DNA from: an uncultured Actinomycetota bacterium
GTDB lineage: Bacteria > Actinomycetota > Actinomycetes > Frankiales > Frankiaceae
NCBI GenBank assembly: GCA_963765845.1
Contig: CAVXYJ010000003.1
Location: forward strand, 44,888 to 68,887
Length of the DNA: 24,000 bases
Direction of reading: 5' to 3'
The notes beneath the pieces are model-generated. The model was not told the DNA's origin. It searched no databases and worked only from the letters and a program-made list of their open reading frames with translations. Positions 16,194-24,000 of this stretch are shown piece after piece. Numbering within the stretch: position 1 is the stretch's first letter; each line of letters begins with the position of its first letter. The position numbers and the translations under genes are program-made.

Positions 16194-16742
16194 ATGAACG
16201 GAGCGGAGCAACTCGCCGTCATCATCCCGAACCTGCGTAGCGTGGCGGCGCGCATCGACGACCGGCAGCTCACGGGCCCGACGCCGTGCTCGGCCTTCAC
16301 CGTGGCGGGGGTCCTTGGCCACATGACGGGGCTCGCCGCAGCGTTCGCGCCGATGTTTCGCGGCGAGCGGCAACCTGATGACGCGGCCGGCTCACCCGGC
16401 GCCGTCGCCGCGTTCGACGCCGCCATGGCCGATCTGCTCGACGCCGTCCAGTCCGACGGGGCCCTCGCGCGAAACATCCAGACCCCCGGCGGGTCCATGC
16501 CCGGCGAGGTGTTCTCGCGCATGGTCGCGTTCGATGGTCTGGTCCACGGCTGGGACCTCGCGACCTCGACGGGGCAGTCCTGGGATCTTCCCGAGGAACT
16601 TGTCACGGACGTCGACGGCTTCGCTCGTCAGGCGCTCACACCACAGATGCGCGACGGCGAAGCGTGGGCCGACGAGCAGCGCGCGCCTGACGGTGCCTCG
16701 TGCATGCAGCGGCTGGTGGCCTTCTCAGGCCGCACCGTATGA
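16194..16742 (+). CDS. DinB-like / TIGR03086-type (mycothiol-dependent isomerase N-terminal domain-like) actinobacterial protein.
   Basis: Track ORF 16146..16742. The internal ATG at 16194 has a perfect GAAGGAG 6 nt upstream. The alternative ATG at 16146 overlaps the cupin stop as ATGA. Typical blocks are LTGPTPCSAFTVAGVLGHMTG and FDGLVHGWDLATSTGQ. Confidence 0.8.
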   Translation: MNGAEQLAVIIPNLRSVAARIDDRQLTGPTPCSAFTVAGVLGHMTGLAAAFAPMFRGERQPDDAAGSPGAVAAFDAAMADLLDAVQSDGALARNIQTPGGSMPGEVFSRMVAFDGLVHGWDLATSTGQSWDLPEELVTDVDGFARQALTPQMRDGEAWADEQRAPDGASCMQRLVAFSGRTV

Positions 16743-16812
16743 GCTGATGCCGGCAGGCGATACCGCGTGGGTGCCCTTGCGCATGACGGATCCGCGGAGA
16801 TCTCAGCGCTTG

Positions 16813-18033
16813 TCATGGGGCTGACGCGCTCAGGTCGTCGGGATCATCACGTTCGGCGGACTGCCAGGCAGGCTGGCGCGCCACCCGAACGAACGGGTTG
16901 GCGACTGCCGGCACTCTCAAAGCCGCCCACCGGCCACGCACGCGGGCGTATGGCGACCAGCCGCCACCTGCCTGCCGGAGCCGTACCGATGCGTACTCGC
17001 GGGCCCGGCTCGGCAGCGCCGCACCGGCGAACAGCACCGCGGCGCCCACCGCGATGTTGGCGACGAATGTGCCCGGGTCGACGGAGGTGCCGAGCACCTG
17101 GGGAATCAGCGCGATGGCCAAGGCCGGCGGATGCAGACCGCCCGCCAGCGCGAAGGTCACCAGCACGGCCGCTACCGCCAGCAGCCCGCTCCCCCAGGCG
17201 GTCGGCACATGCGCCATGGCCAGGGCGCCTTCAGCGGCGGCGAAGACAAGCACGGCCCAGTGCCGCAGCCCGGCCAACGCTGACGTGCCACTCGCTGTCT
17301 GCTCGATCGTCGCGACGATCATCGGCGGGGCGACCGCGGCTGCGGCCAGTCCCAGAACCGGCCATGCCACGAGAACCCAAAGCACGGCGACGGCCCAAAC
17401 CACGGTCATCACCGCCGCCGGCAGCCGACCTTCCGCCGCTTTGGCCTCGGCCGGGTACCCGTCGGCGCTGCGAGCGCGAGACCGTTCAAGCCCGCTGATC
17501 ACGGCCAACAGCCCGCACAGCCCCAGCACCGTCAGCGGGAACATCCAGCTCCGGACACCGAAAACGACCGGGAACACTCCCGCCGACACCGACGGCGCCA
17601 GCCGTGACGCCACCAGTTGCAGGCCCAGCACCGCAAGGGAGATCGCGAGGATGACGCCGACCGGGCGCGAGAGTCCAGCGTTGGCGATGATGACTCCCAC
17701 CGCGGCAAAGGTGGGCGGCACCAGCGCCAGCTTCAACGGGGACCGGCTCCAGCCGGGAAGGCGCAGCGCCAGCACGCCAAAAGAGATGGCCGCTGCCTCC
17801 GGAAAGATGAGGTTCGCGTCGTGGGTAGCCGTCGACAGCACCAGCATCGGCGCGACGGCGACGTAGACCAGCGGCCAGCGCCGCCGGCCGGCGATCGCCC
17901 GGCGGAACCCCGCACCCACCTGCCCCTGCCGGCTCACCGCCCGGCGCCCCTTCGAATCCACACCAGCCAGCATCTCCGGCCCGGACCGATCCCTCAATCG
18001 CCAATCCGACAACCAGCCCAAGAACGCCGTCAT
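16813..18033 (-). CDS. Polytopic integral membrane protein, HPP-family-like. The functional assignment is tentative.
   Basis: Track ORF 16813..18159, but codons above about 18086 overlap rnpB, so I use the ATG at 18033 (the ATG at 17973 is an alternative). It has many hydrophobic helices. An HPP motif context (AGGLHPPALAIALIP) lies in the second half, and a related segment (THDANLIFPEAAAISFG) in the first half. GC3 bias is strong throughout. Confidence 0.6.
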   Translation of the reverse strand: MTAFLGWLSDWRLRDRSGPEMLAGVDSKGRRAVSRQGQVGAGFRRAIAGRRRWPLVYVAVAPMLVLSTATHDANLIFPEAAAISFGVLALRLPGWSRSPLKLALVPPTFAAVGVIIANAGLSRPVGVILAISLAVLGLQLVASRLAPSVSAGVFPVVFGVRSWMFPLTVLGLCGLLAVISGLERSRARSADGYPAEAKAAEGRLPAAVMTVVWAVAVLWVLVAWPVLGLAAAAVAPPMIVATIEQTASGTSALAGLRHWAVLVFAAAEGALAMAHVPTAWGSGLLAVAAVLVTFALAGGLHPPALAIALIPQVLGTSVDPGTFVANIAVGAAVLFAGAALPSRAREYASVRLRQAGGGWSPYARVRGRWAALRVPAVANPFVRVARQPAWQSAERDDPDDLSASAP

Positions 18034-18085
18034 CAAGCGAGCCGCCCGGAACTGCTCGCTGGAAGCCACAGGCAACACAAGCGGG

Positions 18086-18527
18086 GCGACGGACGAGTCG
18101 GCCTGTACGCCGGGTTCTGTGCCCGGCCGCCCGAGGTCGGCGCGGCGACGGTCATCCATCTCGGCCTGCCGTTGCCGACAGCCTCTAGCGGTCTACCCGC
18201 AGGCTCGGACGGGCCGTCCTCGAACGCCTGCGCAGGCACCGCGGCGAGCCCGGGCCCCTCTTGACCTTGCTCCGGGTGGGGTTTACCGAGCCGCCCGGGT
18301 CACCCCGGACGCTGGTGGTCTCTTACACCACCGTTTCACCCTTACCGCGCGGCCGGGCAAGCAGCCGCCGGCGGTCTGCTTTCTGTGGCACTGTCCCGCG
18401 GGTCACCCCGGGTGGGCGTTACCCACCACCCTGCCCTGTGGAGCCCGGACGTTCCTCGGCGCGCCCTCAAGCCCGCCGAAACGGGACAAAAGGAACGCAA
18501 CGCGACCGTCCGGCCGGCTCGTCCGCC
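18086..18527 (-). ncRNA. rnpB: RNase P RNA, bacterial type A.
   Basis: The reverse strand carries the universal RNase P blocks in the correct order:
- GAGGAACGUCCGGGCUCCACAGGGCAGGGUGGUGGGUAACGCCCACC
- ACAGAAAGCAGACC
- GGUAAGGGUGAAACGGUGGUGUAAGAGACCACCAG
- GGUAAACCCCACCCGGAGCAAGGUCAAGAGG
- AGAUGGAUGACCGUCGCC
- CACAGAACCCGGCGUACAGGCCGA
The 5' CGGACGAGCCGGCC (18512-18525) pairs with the 3' GGCCGACUCGUCCG (18090-18103) to form P1. The ends are uncertain by about 5 nt. Confidence 0.95.
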
Positions 18528-18562
18528 GACGCTCACCGTACGACGGGTCGTACGCTGCCGCC

Positions 18563-18934
18563 ATGACGTCGCCTGAGCAACCGCCGTTCGACCCGAACGC
18601 GACGACCCAACAGCCGCTGCCCCCTCCGACCCGGGCGGCACCGGCATCCCCGGTGCAGCCGGCGCAGCCGGTGAAACGCGGGCCCGGCTGGGGCGCTTAC
18701 CTGATCACCGTGCTCGCGCTGGTCATCCTGGCTGCGGTCATCGTCTTCGTGCTGCAGAACAACGAGCCGTTGACGGTCAAGTTCCTCAACATCAAGCACC
18801 ACTACCGAAAGAGCTCCATCGCCCTCGGCGCCGCGGCCATTGCAGGATTTCTCGTCGGCCTCTTCCTCGGATTGATTCCGTGGCTGTCGACCCGCCGAAA
18901 GTTGCGCGCGCTGCGCCGCGGCAGCCAGCTCTAG
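18563..18934 (+). CDS. LapA-domain (DUF1049-like) small membrane protein with a Pro-rich N-terminus.
   Basis: This is the 3' part of track ORF 18119..18934, whose upstream part overlaps rnpB on the opposite strand. From the ATG at 18563 it reads MTSPEQPPFDPNATTQQPLPPP...GWGAYLITVLALVILAAVIVFVLQNNEPLTVKFLN...ALGAAAIAGFLVGLFLGLIPWLSTRRKLRALRR. That is the 2-TM architecture typical of LapA-domain proteins. Confidence 0.75.
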   Translation: MTSPEQPPFDPNATTQQPLPPPTRAAPASPVQPAQPVKRGPGWGAYLITVLALVILAAVIVFVLQNNEPLTVKFLNIKHHYRKSSIALGAAAIAGFLVGLFLGLIPWLSTRRKLRALRRGSQL

Positions 18935-18943
18935 CAACGCCCG

Positions 18944-20062
18944 GTGTGGGCGGCCGCCGGGGTCGCCGGACTACTGACGCTCGTCACCGGCCTGCTGCCG
19001 CTGGGCGAAGCCGGCGACGTGACGGCTCGAGTGGGGCCGGTGCTCGGGTTCCTCGTCGCCGTGACGGTATTGGCGGAGCTCGCCGAACGCGCCGAGGTCT
19101 TCGAGCAGGCCGCTGACCGGGTCGCGCGCGCCTCCCGGGGAAGCGTGCCGCGACTGTTTCTGATGGTGTGCGGGGTCGGCGCCATCACCACGATCCTGCT
19201 CAGCCTGGATACGACGGCCGTGCTGCTGACCCCCGTCGTACTCGCCCTGGCAGGGCGCCTCGGACTGCCACCACTTCCGTTCGCCATGACGGCCGTCTGG
19301 CTCGCGAACACGGCAAGCCTGCTGCTGCCGGTCAGCAACCTCACCAACCTGCTCGCCGCCGACAAGCTCGGCATGTCCGCGTCGGCGTACGTCGGCAAGA
19401 TGCTGCTGCCGTCGGTGGTCGCCATCGCCGTCACCGTGCTGGTGCTGCGGGTCCGGTTTCGACGCGAGCTGAGCGGACGGTTCGCTCCTCAGCCGCGACA
19501 TGAGCCGGCCGATCGTGTGCTGTTGGCGATCAGCGCCGTCTGCTGCGTCGGTTTCGGCCCTGCGGTGATTGCCGGCGCGCCCGCCTGGGCTGCCGCCACC
19601 CCGGCCGCTGCCGTGACTGTCGGCGCGTTCGCCTGGCGACGCCGGTCGCAGTTGCGCTTCGGGCTCGTGCCGTGGCGGCTGGTGGTTATGGTCGAGGGCT
19701 TGTTCCTGGTCGTCTCCGCGGCTGGACGGCACGGGCTCGACCGGCTTGTGCATGACGTTCTCGGAGGCGGTGGGACGTGGCGCGTCGGGAGTATCGCCGC
19801 AGCTACCGCCAACGCCTTCAACAACCTGCCCGCCTATCTCGCGCTCGAACGCCAGACATCCCGTCACGACCTGCTCGCCCTGCTGTGCGGCGTGAATATC
19901 GGGCCGCTGGTGCTGCTGTGGGGTTCGCTCGCCACGCTGCTGTGGCGGGAGCGCTGCAGGGCGCGCGGCCTGAACGTGACGGCGCGCGAGTTCGCGGAGC
20001 TCGGGTTGGTAGGAGTGCCGCTCGTGCTGGCAGCGACGCTCGGGGCACTCAGCCTGGCGTGA
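18944..20062 (+). CDS. ArsB/NhaD-superfamily (arsenical pump / anion permease-like) membrane transporter.
   Basis: 372 aa from the GTG at 18944, 9 nt after the upstream stop. The protein is polytopic. Characteristic blocks are LSLDTTAVLLTPVVLALA, ANTASLLLPVSNLTNLL and NNLPAYLAL...GVNIGPLVLLWGSLATLLW. Confidence 0.8.
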   Translation: MWAAAGVAGLLTLVTGLLPLGEAGDVTARVGPVLGFLVAVTVLAELAERAEVFEQAADRVARASRGSVPRLFLMVCGVGAITTILLSLDTTAVLLTPVVLALAGRLGLPPLPFAMTAVWLANTASLLLPVSNLTNLLAADKLGMSASAYVGKMLLPSVVAIAVTVLVLRVRFRRELSGRFAPQPRHEPADRVLLAISAVCCVGFGPAVIAGAPAWAAATPAAAVTVGAFAWRRRSQLRFGLVPWRLVVMVEGLFLVVSAAGRHGLDRLVHDVLGGGGTWRVGSIAAATANAFNNLPAYLALERQTSRHDLLALLCGVNIGPLVLLWGSLATLLWRERCRARGLNVTAREFAELGLVGVPLVLAATLGALSLA

Positions 20063-20357
20063 CGGTCGCAGGCTGATCTTCGCGTCCCCGCACACGGCCG
20101 AACCAGCACCGGTCACCATCGTCCGCGCGCTGCACTTCGGCGGGGCCGGCGAGCCCCGCAGCGGCCTTGATCTGCGGCGAGTTGCTGAAGCTGGCGCGCC
20201 TTCCGCCGGCTTCGGTCTCCGTGCCATCGTCGTTGGGTGGACCGTTCTGGCGCTGGCCTGGGCGGCGTTGACGCGGCGCACGCGACGGTCGCACCTCTCG
20301 CAATCTGCCCTGTGAATAGGGTTGGTGAGCTGCCCGTTCGATGCTAGACTCGAACAC

Positions 20358-21634
20358 ATGGTCGAAGACGGGTTCGGGGTGAAAGCAGCGCAGTTGCATG
20401 CGCTGGCCGCCGAACTCGCCGCCGCTGATCTCAGCGGATACGTCCGGGGTGCTGGCCGTCGAGGTGCTGCCGGAAGTGCTGGGCGCGGGCCGTCAGCTGG
20501 ATCTGCTGTCCTGCCGGCGATCGAACGCGCCGACCGGTCCGGTGCCTACGCCATGGACGGGGCGGCGTCGACGAAGGCGTTCGTGCGTGGCTCTCGGGTG
20601 AGTCTGATGGGTGGGTGTCCAAAAGGGTGCAGGCCGGGCGGGCGCTGGCCGACCGGATGCCGGTCACCGCCAAAGCGTTCGAGGCCGGTGACCTCGGCCT
20701 GGATCATGCTTGGGTGATCGTGCAGGCGACGAAGGAGCTGCAGCACGATCTCGCCGCCGACCTGGAGGCGTTCCTCGCCCAGCAGGCGGCGCCTTTGACG
20801 CCACGGCAGCTGCGGGTCGTCGCCGAAGAACTCCTCGCCGCCGCCGCCCCCGAGCAGTCCGCGGACCAGGCGGCCCGCAAACACGCCGCCCAGCATGTCC
20901 ACCTGTCCGAAACCCTCGACGGCCGGTGGCGGCTGGATGGCTGGCTGGACGCCGAAGCCGGCCTGATCGTCTCCAAAGCCATCGCCGAGTTCCTGCGCAA
21001 ACCCGACCCCGACGGTGATCTGCTCACCGAATCCATCGGCAGTCGCCGCGCCGAAGCCCTGGTGCAAATGGCCCGCCACGCCACCGCCCACGCCGAAACC
21101 TGCCACGGCGAAGGCGGCGGAAGGCACACCGTCATCGTCGGCCTGTCCCATCAGGCCCTGCTCGACGGCCTCGGTACCGCCGGCACCCCCGAAGGCCAGC
21201 GCCTGCCCGCAGCGGCTGCCCGCCGGATGGCGTGCGACAGCGGGATCATCCCCGCCGTGTTCGGCTCCGACTCCGAAACGTTCGACTTCGGCCGCCGTAC
21301 CCGCACCATCAGCGCCGGGCTACGCCACTTCCTTATCGCCCGCGACGGCGGATGCGTCTGGCCCGGCTGTGACCGGCCACCCTCCTACACCGAAGCCCAC
21401 CACCGCCAGTACTGGATAGACCGCGGCGAAACCAACCCCGGCAACCTCGAACTGCTCTGCCTGGCGCACCATCACAAAGTGCATGAAGGCGGCTGGAACA
21501 TGACCATCGGCCACGACCCCGACCACACCCCCTGGTTCTGGCCACCCGACGGACGACCACCCCTCCAAGGCCACCGCCGACCACTCCTGCAACCCCTACT
21601 CCGAACACCCGGACACACCCCCAGGAGGACATAA
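20358..21634 (+). pseudogene. DUF222 + HNH endonuclease protein (REP13E12-like family). The N-terminal region is disrupted by three frame changes.
   Basis: The C-terminal 339 aa (track ORF 20615..21634) carries a DUF222 body and an HNH motif (EAHHRQYWIDRGETNPGNLELLCLAHHHKVHEGGW). The family-typical N-terminus is spread over three frames:
- frame 0: MVEDGFGVKAAQLHALAAELAAADLSG
- frame 1: VLAVEVLPEVLGAGRQLDLLS
- frame 0: LPAIERADRSGAYAMDGAASTKAFVR
- frame 2: WLSGESDGWVSKRVQAGRALADRMP
High GC3 follows these switches. They fall at about 20446-20449 (a GGGG run), 20510-20511 (CC) and 20586-20588. Confidence 0.8.
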
Positions 21635-21649
21635 CCAGTGACCGGCGGG

Positions 21650-22888
21650 CTACAAATTCGGACGGGCTTCCGACGCCGAAGCAAGCTGCGCGATCAGGCT
21701 GACGACGTCGCCGATCACGATGACGGCCGGCGCTGCGAGCGCGAATTCAGCCGCTTGCTTGGCGACCGTTTCAAGCGCGCTCACCAGGACCCGCTGCGCC
21801 GCAGTTCCGCCCTGCTGGACGCAGGCGACGGGAGTCGCCGGATCACGGCCGGCGAGCAGAAGCGCATCGGCGATGGCAGGCAAGGTGTGTACAGCCATGA
21901 GCAGCACCACCGTGGCAGTGCCGGTACCGAGCCGCGACCAGTCCACGGTGGAGCCAGGATGCCCCGGAGGCAGATGGCCGGAAGCGACGACGAATTCCTG
22001 GGCCAAGCCTCGGTGCGTGAGGGGGATGCCGGCGAGCCCCGGCGCGGCGATGGCAGAACTGATGCCGGGAACGACCGAGCATTCGACGCCAGCCGCGGCA
22101 CACCCGAGCAGTTCCTCGCCGCCGCGCCCGAAGATGAAAGGATCGCCGCCCTTGAGCCGAACGACGCGCTGCCCTGCCCGGGCTCGCTCGACCAGTAGCG
22201 CGATGATGTCTTCCTGCTTGGCGGCTGGCCCGCGCGGGCTCTTGCCGACGTCGAGCACCTCGACCCCCGCCGGCAGGTCCTGCAAGAGAGAGCGCGGGCC
22301 GAGCCGGTCCGCGACGACGACGTCAGCCGCCCTGAGTGCCTGCAGCCCGCGCACGGTGATCAGGTCAGGATCGCCCGGGCCTCCGCCGACCAGGACCACG
22401 CACCCGCCGCCCTTGCGCCGCTGCGGGCTTGCCGGCACAGCGAGCGAGCCATCATGGAGTTGATCAATCACCGCGTCGCGCAGGCCGGCCGAACGCCGCG
22501 GGTCCCCAGAGGTGACGGCGATCGTCACCCCTGCTGCGGTTCCGGTGGCGGGGGTCACGGCGGGGGTTTGGTCGCCTGCGTCGGCCCGCACGCACCAGAG
22601 CCCCGCCGCGTCGGCATCGGCGGCGATACGCGTTTGGGCGGCGGGGTCGGAGGTGCAGGCGTGCACCAGCCAGGCCCCCTGAAGGTCACCGGTCGCGTAC
22701 GGACGCAGGACCATCTCGAGCTGATCTGCCAGCTCGCGGATGGCCCGGCAAGGAGCAGGGTCGATCACCGCCACATGCGCGCCAGCGGCCAGCAGCCGCG
22801 GCACGCGGCGAGCCGCCACCGCCCCGCCGCCCACGACGACGACCCGCCGGCCGGTCAGGCGCAGCGAGAGCGGGTAGAGGCCGGCCAC
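21650..22888 (-). CDS. cysG: Siroheme synthase-like bifunctional protein: an N-terminal precorrin-2 dehydrogenase/ferrochelatase-type NAD domain plus uroporphyrinogen-III C-methyltransferase.
   Basis: GTG start (complement of cac 22886-22888). The N-terminus has a Rossmann motif (RRVVVVGGGAVAARRVPRLLAAGAHVAVI). The C-terminal half has SUMT motifs: VVLVGGGPGDPDLITVRGLQALRAADVVVAD, VVRLKGGDPFIFGRGGEE and VPGISSAIAAPGLAGIPLTHRG. Confidence 0.9.
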   Translation of the reverse strand: MAGLYPLSLRLTGRRVVVVGGGAVAARRVPRLLAAGAHVAVIDPAPCRAIRELADQLEMVLRPYATGDLQGAWLVHACTSDPAAQTRIAADADAAGLWCVRADAGDQTPAVTPATGTAAGVTIAVTSGDPRRSAGLRDAVIDQLHDGSLAVPASPQRRKGGGCVVLVGGGPGDPDLITVRGLQALRAADVVVADRLGPRSLLQDLPAGVEVLDVGKSPRGPAAKQEDIIALLVERARAGQRVVRLKGGDPFIFGRGGEELLGCAAAGVECSVVPGISSAIAAPGLAGIPLTHRGLAQEFVVASGHLPPGHPGSTVDWSRLGTGTATVVLLMAVHTLPAIADALLLAGRDPATPVACVQQGGTAAQRVLVSALETVAKQAAEFALAAPAVIVIGDVVSLIAQLASASEARPNL

Positions 22889-22921
22889 GCCCCCATCCTG
22901 CCGACAAATGCGGACGGCCGG

Positions 22922-24000
22922 CTAGCGCAGCGACGCCCCCGTGATGGCGCGACCGATGACGAGACGCTGGATCTCGCTCGTCCCTTCGAAGATCGTGTAG
23001 ATCTTGGCGTCGCGGGCCATCCGCTCGACCGGGTACTCGCGGGTGTAGCCGTTGCCGCCGAGGATCTGCATGGCACGTTCGGTGACCCAGACCGCGGTCT
23101 CGCCGGCGTACAGCTTGGACATCGATCCTTCGGCCGCGGTGAACTGACGGCCCTGGCGGGCCATCCACGCGGCGCGCCAGGTCAGCAGCCGAGCCGCGTC
23201 GACACGGATGGCCATGTCGGCGAGCGCAAAGGCGATGGCCTGGTTCTCCGCGATGCGTCGTCCGAACTGGACGCGCTGGCCCGCGTAGTCACGGGCATAT
23301 TCGTAGGCGGCGCGCGCGATGCCGACCGCCTGGGCGGCTACCGACGGTCGGGACGCCTCGAAAGTGGCCATCGACGCGTTGCCCTTGGAACGCACGCCTT
23401 CGCGGGCCCGGGCCAGGCGCTCGTCCAGCTTCTGCTTGCCACCGAGGACGCACGCGGCGGGGATCCGGCAGTCGTCGAGCACCACCTCGGCCGTGTGCGA
23501 CGCCCTGATGCCGTGCTTGGCGAACTTCTGACCCTGCGAAAGTCCTTTGGTACCAGGGGGAATCACGAAGCTCGCCTGACCGCGGGTACCGAGCGACGGG
23601 TCGACGGTGGCAACGACGACATGCACGTTGGCGATGCCGCCGTTGGTGGCCCACGTCTTGGTGCCGTTGAGCACCCACTCGCGCGCCTTCTCGTCGAAGA
23701 CCGCCCGGGTCTTGATGTTGCCGACGTCGGACCCGGCCTCCGGCTCCGACGAGCAGAACGCAGCCACCTTCACGTCGTTCTCGTCGCCGAACATCTGCGG
23801 CACCCACTCAGCCGTCTGCTCCTGCGTTCCGTTGGCCACGACCGAGACGGCGGCGAGGGTCGTGCCCACGATGGCGAGCCCGATGCCCGCGTCACCCCAG
23901 AAAATCTCCTCCATGGCGACCGGGATGCCGAGCCCGCTCGGCTCGAACCATTGCGTCGAGAAGAAATCCAGCGAATAAAGCCCGACCTTGGCCGCTTCCT
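22922..24000 (-). CDS. Acyl-CoA dehydrogenase. The 5' end (N-terminus) runs off the right edge of the window.
   Basis: Track ORF 22922..23914. The frame stays open upstream to the window edge (...EAAKVGLYSLDFFSTQWFEPSGLGIPVAMEEIFWGD). ACAD blocks are AAFCSSEPEAGSDVGNIKTRA, NGTKTWATNGGIANVHVV and YTIFEGTSEIQRLVIGRAI. Confidence 0.92.
   Translation of the reverse strand, partial: EAAKVGLYSLDFFSTQWFEPSGLGIPVAMEEIFWGDAGIGLAIVGTTLAAVSVVANGTQEQTAEWVPQMFGDENDVKVAAFCSSEPEAGSDVGNIKTRAVFDEKAREWVLNGTKTWATNGGIANVHVVVATVDPSLGTRGQASFVIPPGTKGLSQGQKFAKHGIRASHTAEVVLDDCRIPAACVLGGKQKLDERLARAREGVRSKGNASMATFEASRPSVAAQAVGIARAAYEYARDYAGQRVQFGRRIAENQAIAFALADMAIRVDAARLLTWRAAWMARQGRQFTAAEGSMSKLYAGETAVWVTERAMQILGGNGYTREYPVERMARDAKIYTIFEGTSEIQRLVIGRAITGASLR

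Noticed and set aside
16767-17866. + strand ORFs 16767..17498 and 16898..17866 opposite the HPP-like membrane protein.
   Set aside because: The products are Pro/Arg/Ala/Thr-rich and low in complexity. GC3 bias favours the minus-strand membrane protein.
18119-18562. N-terminal 148 codons of track ORF 18119..18934, plus ORFs 18261..18566 and 18342..18647.
   Set aside because: This region is RNase P RNA on the opposite strand. Only the part from the ATG at 18563 looks like a real LapA-domain protein.
18971-20359. 462-aa minus-strand ORF opposite the ArsB/NhaD-type permease.
   Set aside because: The product is hydrophilic, Arg/Gln/Gly-rich and has no motifs. The + strand encodes a coherent polytopic transporter.
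20049-20399. 116-aa minus-strand ORF between the permease and the DUF222 gene (tail ...RASFSNSPQIKAAAGLAGPAEVQRADDGDRCWFGRVRG...).
   Set aside because: Its moderately high GC3 caught my eye. However, it has no recognisable family, no clear start or RBS, and its 3' end overlaps the permease gene. That is insufficient support to call it.
1-24000. Search for CRISPR arrays, tRNA/rRNA genes, transposases or integrases, terminal inverted repeats, and retinal or carotenoid biosynthesis genes.
   Set aside because: I found no regularly spaced repeats, no cloverleaf-compatible segments, and no transposase or integrase-like ORFs. The only mobile-like element is the decayed DUF222/HNH gene. No crt or blh-like ORF is present in this window.

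Overview
This is a visibly high-GC, densely coding chromosomal window of actinobacterial type. I support 23 protein-coding genes or pseudogenes, one structured RNA gene and a few short repeats or palindromes. Note that the ORF track writes M for GTG and TTG starts and omits ORFs that run off the window edges.

Gene order, left to right:
- two divergent family-2 glycosyltransferases (the left one runs off the edge)
- two small hypothetical ORFs
- an E. coli-type dihydroxy-acid dehydratase (ilvD) broken by a single-base homopolymer frameshift
- a membrane-anchored GGDEF diguanylate cyclase with a Cys-rich cytoplasmic sensor domain
- a ~5.6 kb minus-strand operon for a Liv/HAAT-type ABC importer: lipoprotein binding protein, fused LivH-LivM permease, two ATPases with a GTGA start/stop overlap, and a trailing 2-TM protein
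- divergent from that operon, a 250-aa seven-helix protein that I identify as a heliorhodopsin (12872..13624)
- a divergent GDPD-like lipoprotein
- an HxlR regulator with a divergent cupin plus DinB/TIGR03086 pair
- a polytopic HPP-like membrane protein
- RNase P RNA (rnpB, minus strand), which several track ORFs spuriously overlap
- a LapA-domain membrane protein and an ArsB/NhaD-type permease
- a DUF222/HNH (REP13E12-like) gene degraded by three frame changes
- a CysG-like siroheme synthase
- an acyl-CoA dehydrogenase that runs off the right edge

I found no CRISPR array, tRNA, rRNA, transposase or integrase.

The most interesting element is the heliorhodopsin. It has the Schiff-base Lys and counterion Glu, and its charge distribution predicts an inverted topology. 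The family is already described, but its physiological role is still unresolved. Here it sits back-to-back with an ABC importer operon and upstream of an atypical GDPD-like lipoprotein.
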